A stretch of DNA of 32,000 bases from the NCBI RefSeq assembly GCF_025643275.1, contig NZ_CP089977.1:1320001-1352000 (forward strand), in the 5' to 3' direction. This DNA comes from Moraxella nasicaprae. GTDB taxonomy: Bacteria > Pseudomonadota > Gammaproteobacteria > Pseudomonadales > Moraxellaceae. A program made the translations under genes and the position numbers. Below are positions 25,522-32,000 of this stretch, piece by piece; the first letter of the stretch is position 1; every line of letters begins with the position of its first letter. Below the pieces are notes generated by a model. That model ran no database searches and was not told where the DNA came from. It saw nothing but the letters and a program-made list of their open reading frames with translations.

Positions 25522-28500
25522 ATGGCATATTCTTATACCGAAAAGAAACGCATTCGTAAAAGTTTTTCAAGGCTTCCAGATGTCATGGATGTGCCGTATC
25601 TGCTTGCCATCCAAGTGGATTCTTATAAGCAATTTTTGCAAGAGCATAAAAAACCAAAAGCTCGTGCAAATGTTGGCTTGCAAGCGGCTTTTTCATCCAT
25701 CTTTCCGATTGAAAGTCATTCTGGCAATGCCGAGTTGCAGTTTGTCGAATACTATTTAGGCGAGCCTGAGTTCGATGAGCGTGAATGCATCATGCGTGGT
25801 TCGACTTTTGCTGCACCATTGCGTGTTAAAATTCGCCTAGTCATTCGTGATAAAGAAAACAAAACCGCCATCAAAGATGTGCGCGAGCAAAGCGTCTATA
25901 TGGGCGAAATCCCTTTGATGACAGACAATGGTACTTTCATCATCAATGGTACAGAGCGTGTGATTGTATCGCAGTTGCATCGTTCTCCTGGTGTGTTCTT
26001 TGACCACGACAAAGGTAAATCTCATTCTAGTGGCAAGGTGCTATACAACGCACGCATCATTCCATATCGTGGTTCTTGGCTTGACTTTGAATTTGATGTC
26101 AAAGATTTGGTTTATGCCCGTATCGACCGTCGCCGTAAGTTGCTTGCTACCATCATTTTGCGTGCCATCGGCATGAATACCGAACAGATTTTGGACGCAT
26201 TTTTTGAAAAAATTGAAGTATTTAAAGGCGAAGAATCGTTTGAAATCGAATTGGTTGCTGACCGCTTAAAAGGCGAGATGGCTCAATTTGACATCATCTC
26301 GCCAGACGGCAAAGTATTGGTTGAACAAGGACAGCGTATCAATGCTCGCCGCATCAAGCAAATCATCGAGTCTGGCATGACCAAACTTGCTGTGCCTGAT
26401 GAGTATCTATATGAACGCATTATTGGCGAAGATGTTGTGGTGAATGACGAAGTGATTGTGCGTGCCAATACGCTGATTGATCATGAGACTTTGGTTAAAT
26501 TGGCTGAGCATGATGTGAAGTCATTTAAGATTCTATTTACCAATGACATCGATCACGGCTCGTTCATTGCTGACACATTACGTGCAGACACTGTATTGAC
26601 TCGTGAAGAGGCGTTGATTGAAATCTATAAAGTCATGCGTCCAGGCGAGCCACCAACGCTAGACACTGCTGAAAAATTGTTTGAATCCATGTTCTTTAGC
26701 CAAGAACGCTATGATTTGTCCAATGTTGGTCGTATGAAATTTAATCGCCGTTTGGGTCGTGAATTCATTGACAGCGATGACATTGAAGTGCAACGAGAGC
26801 AAGGTGTATTGTCAAATCAAGACATCGTTGATGTGCTAAAAGAACTAATCGAGATTCGTAACGGTCGTGGCGAAGTTGATGATATTGACCATCTGGGTAA
26901 CCGCCGTATCCGTAGCGTGGGCGAGATGACCGAAAACCAATTCCGCATTGGATTGGCTCGTGTTGAGCGTGCGGTGAAAGAACGCTTGACGATGGCTGAA
27001 TCAGACAGCTTGTCGCCACAAGATTTAATCAATTCTAAGCCTGTGGCAGCAGCAATTAAAGAGTTCTTTGGTTCGTCACAGTTGTCACAATTCATGGACC
27101 AAAACAACCCGCTATCAGAAATCACTCACAAACGCCGTGTATCAGCACTTGGCCCTGGTGGTTTGACTCGTGAGCGTGCTGGTTTTGAGGTGCGAGATGT
27201 TCATACCACGCATTATGGTCGTGTGTGCCCGATTGAGACACCAGAAGGTCCAAACATTGGTTTGATTAACTCATTGGCGGTATTTGCTAAGACCAATAAT
27301 TTTGGCTTCTTGGAAACCCCTTATCGCCGTGTTGTTGATGGCAAGGTAACAGATGACATCGAGTATATGTCAGCCATTGAAGAAGTGGGTGCTATCATCG
27401 CACAAGCAGACTCGCCAATGAATGAGCGTGGCGAGCTGACCGAAGAGATGGTCATGGTGCGTTATCAAGGCGAATCGGTGCGTATGGCTGCCGATAAAGT
27501 AACGCACATGGATGTATCGCCACGCCAAGTTGTATCAGTGGCGGCGTCATTGATTCCATTCCTGGAACACGATGACGCAAACCGTGCATTGATGGGTTCA
27601 AACATGCAACGACAAGCCGTTCCGACTTTGCGTTCGGATAAGCCGCTTGTTGGTACGGGCATGGAACGCCATGTGGCAAGAGACTCTGGTGTCTGTGTGG
27701 TCGCTAAGCGTGGCGGTATCATTGAGGAAGTGGACGCAAGCCGCATCATCGTGCGTGTGAATGAAGATGAGATGACCGCAGGCGAAGCAGGTATTGATAT
27801 TTACAATCTCATCAAATACACCCGCTCTAACCAGAACACTTGTATCAACCAACGAGTGATTGTCAATGAAGGCGATCAGATTGCTCGTGGCGATATTTTG
27901 GCAGATGGTCCATCAACTGACTTGGGCGAATTGGCACTTGGTCAGAACATGCGTGTTGCTTTCATGCCTTGGAATGGTTATAACTTTGAGGACTCTATCT
28001 TGCTTTCTGAGCGAGTGGTTCAAGAAGATCGCTTTACCACCATTCATATCCAAGAGCTGACTTGTGTGGCACGAGACACTAAGCTAGGCCCAGAGGAAAT
28101 CACAGGCGATATTCCTAATGTTGGTGAGGCAGCTCTTGCCAATCTTGATGAAGCAGGTATCGTTTATATCGGTGCTGAGGTTGATGCAGGCGATATTTTG
28201 GTGGGTAAAGTTACACCAAAAGGCGAAAGCCAGCTTACCCCAGAAGAAAAGCTACTTCGTGCCATCTTTGGTGAAAAAGCTGCCGATGTTAAAGACACTT
28301 CTTTGCGTGTGCCATCATCTACCAAAGGCACAGTGATTGATGTACAGGTCTTTACTCGTGATGGTTTGGAGAAAGACAGCCGTGCTAAATCCATCGAAAA
28401 AGCCATGTTGGATAGCTATCGCAAAGACTTAAAAGAAGAATTGAACATCTTTGAAGCAGCGGCTCGTGGTCGTATCTTGACTTTGCTTGATGGCAAAAAA

Positions 28501-29613
28501 GTCAGTGGTGGTGCAGGCTTTAAGGCAGGTACGGTGTTATCTTTGGCAGACATTGAAAATCTGTCATTAGAAAATCTATTGGACATTCAACCAGCCGAAG
28601 AAGAAGTATCAGAACGCTTGGGTCAAATCGCTGAATTTTTGAGCGATAAACAAAAAGACATCGACAATAAGTTTGCTGAGAAAAAACGCAAACTAACCCA
28701 AGGCGATGACTTGGCACATGGTGTCCAAAAAATCGTGAAGGTCTATTTGGCGGTCAAACGCCGCATTCAGCCTGGCGATAAGATGGCAGGTCGCCATGGT
28801 AACAAGGGTGTTGTCTCTCGTATCATGCCAGTAGAAGACATGCCTTATGACGAAAACGGCAACCCTGTGGACATCGTATTAAACCCATTGGGCGTACCAT
28901 CTCGTATGAACATTGGTCAGGTGCTAGAAACTCACTTGGGTATGGCTGCCAAAGGTTTGGGCGACAAAATTAACGGTATGTTAAGAGCCCAAGCAAGCAT
29001 CGCTGAACTGCGTGAATTCTTGGATAAGATTTATAACAAAGTTGGCGGCGAGCAGGTGGATTTGGATAGCTTGTCTGATGAAGATTTGCTGGCACTTGCC
29101 AAAAATCTAAAAGATGGCGTGCCAATGGGTACAGCGGTATTTGATGGTGCCAAAGAAACCCAAATCAAAGAATTGCTCAGCTTGGCAGGTCTATCAACCA
29201 CAGGTCAGCAAACCTTGTACGATGGTCGCACGGGTAAGAAATTTGACCGTCCTGTGACTGTTGGCTACATGTATATGCTCAAATTGAACCACTTGGTTGA
29301 TGATAAGATGCACGCTCGTTCAACTGGTTCGTACAGTCTTGTAACACAGCAACCATTGGGTGGTAAAGCTCAATTTGGTGGTCAGCGTTTCGGTGAGATG
29401 GAAGTCTGGGCATTGGAAGCGTATGGTGCAACCTACACGCTACAAGAAATGCTGACTGTCAAGTCGGACGATGTCGAGGGTCGTACTCGCATGTATAAGA
29501 ACATTGTCGATGGCGAGCAATACATGAATCCTGGTATGCCAGAATCATTCAATGTACTAACAAAAGAAATTCGTTCGTTGGGTATCAATATTGACTTAAA
29601 AGAGAAAAAATAA
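25522..29613 (+). CDS. rpoB: DNA-directed RNA polymerase subunit beta
   Basis: 1363 aa. [14 protein letters not shown], the rifampicin-cluster region [33 protein letters not shown], and C-terminal [13 protein letters not shown]. Confidence 0.99.
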   Translation: MAYSYTEKKRIRKSFSRLPDVMDVPYLLAIQVDSYKQFLQEHKKPKARANVGLQAAFSSIFPIESHSGNAELQFVEYYLGEPEFDERECIMRGSTFAAPLRVKIRLVIRDKENKTAIKDVREQSVYMGEIPLMTDNGTFIINGTERVIVSQLHRSPGVFFDHDKGKSHSSGKVLYNARIIPYRGSWLDFEFDVKDLVYARIDRRRKLLATIILRAIGMNTEQILDAFFEKIEVFKGEESFEIELVADRLKGEMAQFDIISPDGKVLVEQGQRINARRIKQIIESGMTKLAVPDEYLYERIIGEDVVVNDEVIVRANTLIDHETLVKLAEHDVKSFKILFTNDIDHGSFIADTLRADTVLTREEALIEIYKVMRPGEPPTLDTAEKLFESMFFSQERYDLSNVGRMKFNRRLGREFIDSDDIEVQREQGVLSNQDIVDVLKELIEIRNGRGEVDDIDHLGNRRIRSVGEMTENQFRIGLARVERAVKERLTMAESDSLSPQDLINSKPVAAAIKEFFGSSQLSQFMDQNNPLSEITHKRRVSALGPGGLTRERAGFEVRDVHTTHYGRVCPIETPEGPNIGLINSLAVFAKTNNFGFLETPYRRVVDGKVTDDIEYMSAIEEVGAIIAQADSPMNERGELTEEMVMVRYQGESVRMAADKVTHMDVSPRQVVSVAASLIPFLEHDDANRALMGSNMQRQAVPTLRSDKPLVGTGMERHVARDSGVCVVAKRGGIIEEVDASRIIVRVNEDEMTAGEAGIDIYNLIKYTRSNQNTCINQRVIVNEGDQIARGDILADGPSTDLGELALGQNMRVAFMPWNGYNFEDSILLSERVVQEDRFTTIHIQELTCVARDTKLGPEEITGDIPNVGEAALANLDEAGIVYIGAEVDAGDILVGKVTPKGESQLTPEEKLLRAIFGEKAADVKDTSLRVPSSTKGTVIDVQVFTRDGLEKDSRAKSIEKAMLDSYRKDLKEELNIFEAAARGRILTLLDGKKVSGGAGFKAGTVLSLADIENLSLENLLDIQPAEEEVSERLGQIAEFLSDKQKDIDNKFAEKKRKLTQGDDLAHGVQKIVKVYLAVKRRIQPGDKMAGRHGNKGVVSRIMPVEDMPYDENGNPVDIVLNPLGVPSRMNIGQVLETHLGMAAKGLGDKINGMLRAQASIAELREFLDKIYNKVGGEQVDLDSLSDEDLLALAKNLKDGVPMGTAVFDGAKETQIKELLSLAGLSTTGQQTLYDGRTGKKFDRPVTVGYMYMLKLNHLVDDKMHARSTGSYSLVTQQPLGGKAQFGGQRFGEMEVWALEAYGATYTLQEMLTVKSDDVEGRTRMYKNIVDGEQYMNPGMPESFNVLTKEIRSLGINIDLKEKK

Positions 29614-29689
29614 GCTGATATTGGATAATTTTGCCCAGATGAATAGGCATTTGGGCAAGCAACGATAACGAATTAAGTGGAGAATTCCT

Positions 29690-32000
29690 TTGAAAGATTT
29701 ATTAGATATCATGAAAGGTCCTGCGGACAGTGGTACTCGTGAGTTTGACAGCATTCAAATCTCATTGGCATCACCAGAAGCGATTAAATCTTGGTCGCAT
29801 GGCGAAGTTAAAAAGCCTGAAACCATTAACTACCGTACCTTTAAACCTGAGCGTGATGGTCTGTTTTGTGCCAAAATCTTTGGACCTGTTAAGGATTTTG
29901 AATGTCTATGTGGCAAATACAAACGCCGTAAGTTTCAAGGCATCATCTGTGAGAAGTGTGGTGTAGAGGTTACTGCTGCCAAAGTTCGTCGTGACCGCAT
30001 GGGTCATATTGAGCTTGCATCGCCTGTGGCTCATATTTGGTTTTTAAAATCTTTGCCAAGCCGTATCGGTTTATTGCTTGACATCACTTTGCGTGACATT
30101 GAGCGAGTGCTTTATTTTGAAAGCTACATCGTGACCGACCCTGGCATGACCAGCCTTGAAAAATATCAGCTGCTTGATGATGAAGAATATTTCACCGCAT
30201 TAGAGCAGTATGGCGATGAGTTTGTTGCCAAGATGGGTGCAGAAGCGGTTCAAGACTTGCTTAGAGACATCGATGTTGATGGTGAGATTGATGAACTTCG
30301 TTTGTCAATTCCACAAACCAGCTCAGAAACCAAGCTTAAAAAGATGTCAAAACGCTTGCAGCTACTAGAATCTTTCCGTGATTCTGGCAACAAGCCTGAA
30401 TGGATGGTGATGACAGTATTGCCTGTATTGCCACCTGATTTGCGTCCGCTGGTGCCACTGGAAGGTGGTCGTTTTGCGACATCGGATTTGAACGACTTGT
30501 ACCGCCGTGTCATCAACCGTAATAACCGTTTGAAGCGTCTTTTGGAGCTAAACGCCCCTGACATCATCGTGCGTAACGAAAAGCGTATGTTGCAAGAAGC
30601 GGTTGATGCCCTGCTTGACAATGGTCGTCGTGGTCGTGCCATCACAGGCTCCAATAAGCGTCCATTAAAATCTTTGGCGGACATGATTAAAGGTAAACAA
30701 GGTCGTTTCCGTCAAAACCTATTGGGTAAGCGTGTGGACTACTCTGGTCGTTCGGTCATCGTGGTGGGTCCAACATTGCGTCTTCATCAATGTGGTTTGC
30801 CAAAGAAAATGGCGTTGGAGCTATTTAAGCCATTCACTTATGCTAAATTGCTACAAAACAACATCGCTAGCACCATCAAGGCTGCTAAAAAGATGGTTGA
30901 GCGAGAAGAGCCTGCCGTTTGGGACATGCTCGCCAGCGTGATTCGTGAACATCCAGTGCTACTAAACCGTGCTCCAACACTGCACCGTTTGGGCTTGCAA
31001 GCATTTGAGCCTGTATTGATTGAAGGTAAAGCCATTCAGTTACACCCACTTGTCTGTGCGGCATTTAACGCCGACTTTGACGGTGACCAAATGGCGGTGC
31101 ATGTGCCTTTGACCCTAGAAGCACAGCTAGAAGCTCGTGCCTTGATGATGTCCACCAACAACATTCTATCTCCTGCTAATGGTGAGCCAATCATCGTACC
31201 ATCTCAGGACGTCGTGCTTGGTTTGTACTATATCAGCCGTAGCCATATCAATGCCAAAGGCGAGGGCATGGTATTTAGTACCGTCAATGAAGCACTTCGT
31301 GCCATCGGTTCTGATGACTTGTCAGTCAATGCCAAAATCAAAGTGCGTGTTACTGAGACCATTTTGGACGAAAAAACTGGCGAAAAAGTCACCAAAACCG
31401 AAATCAAAGACACGGTTGCAGGTCGTCTGCTGATTTGGAACATCATGCCAGAAGGCATGGCGTTTAGCGAGTGTAATACTGAGATGACCAAGAAAAACAT
31501 CTCAAAACTATTAAACTCATGCTATCGTAAACTTGGTGTTAAAGAATCGGTATTATTTGCCGACCATCTGATGTACTTAGGTTTTGCCCAAGCGACTTTG
31601 TCAGGCATTTCTATTGGTATGGAAGACATGGTCATTCCACCAACCAAAAAAGAAATCGTAGATGCTGCCGATGCCGAAGTGCGTGATATCGAAAAACAAT
31701 TCGAATCTGGCTATGTGACCGCTGGCGAACGCTACAACAAAGTGGTTGATATCTGGTCTCGTACCTCTGACAAAATCGCCAATGCGATGATGGAAAACCT
31801 ATCTACCGATGAAGTGATGAATGCTGATGGCGAACTTGAAAGCCAAAAATCATTCAACTCCATCTATATGATGGCGGATTCTGGTGCTCGTGGTAGTGCT
31901 ACACAGATTCGTCAGCTTGCTGGTATGCGTGGCTTGATGGCAAAACCAGACGGTTCGATTATTGAAACACCGATTAAAGCAAACTTCCGTGAAGGTTTGA
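29690..32000 (+). CDS. rpoC: DNA-directed RNA polymerase subunit beta' (5' portion, continues past the window end)
   Basis: Not in the ORF track because there is no stop in the window. I translated it manually and frame 2 is open from 29690 to the end. (L/M)[10 protein letters not shown]...[58 protein letters not shown], then the Zn-finger region, and the catalytic [15 protein letters not shown] around 31070. The TTG start at 29690 is 7 nt after GGAG (29679-29682) and reproduces the conserved MKDLL N-terminus. E. coli rpoC also uses a non-ATG start. The next ATG is at 29711. Confidence 0.95.
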   Translation, partial: MKDLLDIMKGPADSGTREFDSIQISLASPEAIKSWSHGEVKKPETINYRTFKPERDGLFCAKIFGPVKDFECLCGKYKRRKFQGIICEKCGVEVTAAKVRRDRMGHIELASPVAHIWFLKSLPSRIGLLLDITLRDIERVLYFESYIVTDPGMTSLEKYQLLDDEEYFTALEQYGDEFVAKMGAEAVQDLLRDIDVDGEIDELRLSIPQTSSETKLKKMSKRLQLLESFRDSGNKPEWMVMTVLPVLPPDLRPLVPLEGGRFATSDLNDLYRRVINRNNRLKRLLELNAPDIIVRNEKRMLQEAVDALLDNGRRGRAITGSNKRPLKSLADMIKGKQGRFRQNLLGKRVDYSGRSVIVVGPTLRLHQCGLPKKMALELFKPFTYAKLLQNNIASTIKAAKKMVEREEPAVWDMLASVIREHPVLLNRAPTLHRLGLQAFEPVLIEGKAIQLHPLVCAAFNADFDGDQMAVHVPLTLEAQLEARALMMSTNNILSPANGEPIIVPSQDVVLGLYYISRSHINAKGEGMVFSTVNEALRAIGSDDLSVNAKIKVRVTETILDEKTGEKVTKTEIKDTVAGRLLIWNIMPEGMAFSECNTEMTKKNISKLLNSCYRKLGVKESVLFADHLMYLGFAQATLSGISIGMEDMVIPPTKKEIVDAADAEVRDIEKQFESGYVTAGERYNKVVDIWSRTSDKIANAMMENLSTDEVMNADGELESQKSFNSIYMMADSGARGSATQIRQLAGMRGLMAKPDGSIIETPIKANFREGL

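Noticed and set aside
29730-31500. Short ORFs inside rpoC on both strands (29730..29966+, 30250..30684-, 30732..30941+, 30838..31035-, 31179..31433+, 31228..31500-)
   Set aside because: All of them overlap the continuous beta' reading frame (frame 2), which has unmistakable RpoC motifs.

Overview
This 32 kb window is mostly core housekeeping genome. By EF-Tu and RpoB sequence character it looks like a gammaproteobacterium of the Moraxellaceae type (Moraxella/Psychrobacter/Acinetobacter-like). That is my inference from the translations; no database was searched.

Left third, 1-12.7 kb:
- hemA 3' end
- an operon of a frameshifted class-V aminotransferase, pepD and ycgN
- corC and lnt
- a small stand-alone gene for a membrane-anchored, Glu/Gln/Ala/Pro-rich low-complexity protein
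- a long M24 Xaa-Pro aminopeptidase
- on the minus strand, pabB, a secreted Sel1-like-repeat protein built from 108-bp tandem units, and fabB

Right two thirds, 12.8-32 kb: one continuous plus-strand translation/transcription super-cluster. It runs rpsL-rpsG-fusA-tuf, then tRNA-Trp-secE-nusG-rplK-rplA-rplJ-rplL-rpoB-rpoC. rpoC is truncated by the window end and is absent from the ORF track.

The only clearly accessory segment is a lower-GC three-gene cassette at 17.6-21.5 kb, between the tuf terminator and the tRNA-Trp promoter. It encodes an MBOAT membrane acyltransferase plus two SGNH/GDSL-type proteins. I read it as a PatA-PatB-Ape1-type peptidoglycan O-acetylation module. That is a known system type in an unusual location.

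I found no CRISPR array, transposase, integrase, toxin-antitoxin pair or recognisable defence system. I cannot support a claim that the window holds a truly undescribed system. The stand-alone disordered-tail protein and the cassette are the best places to look further.
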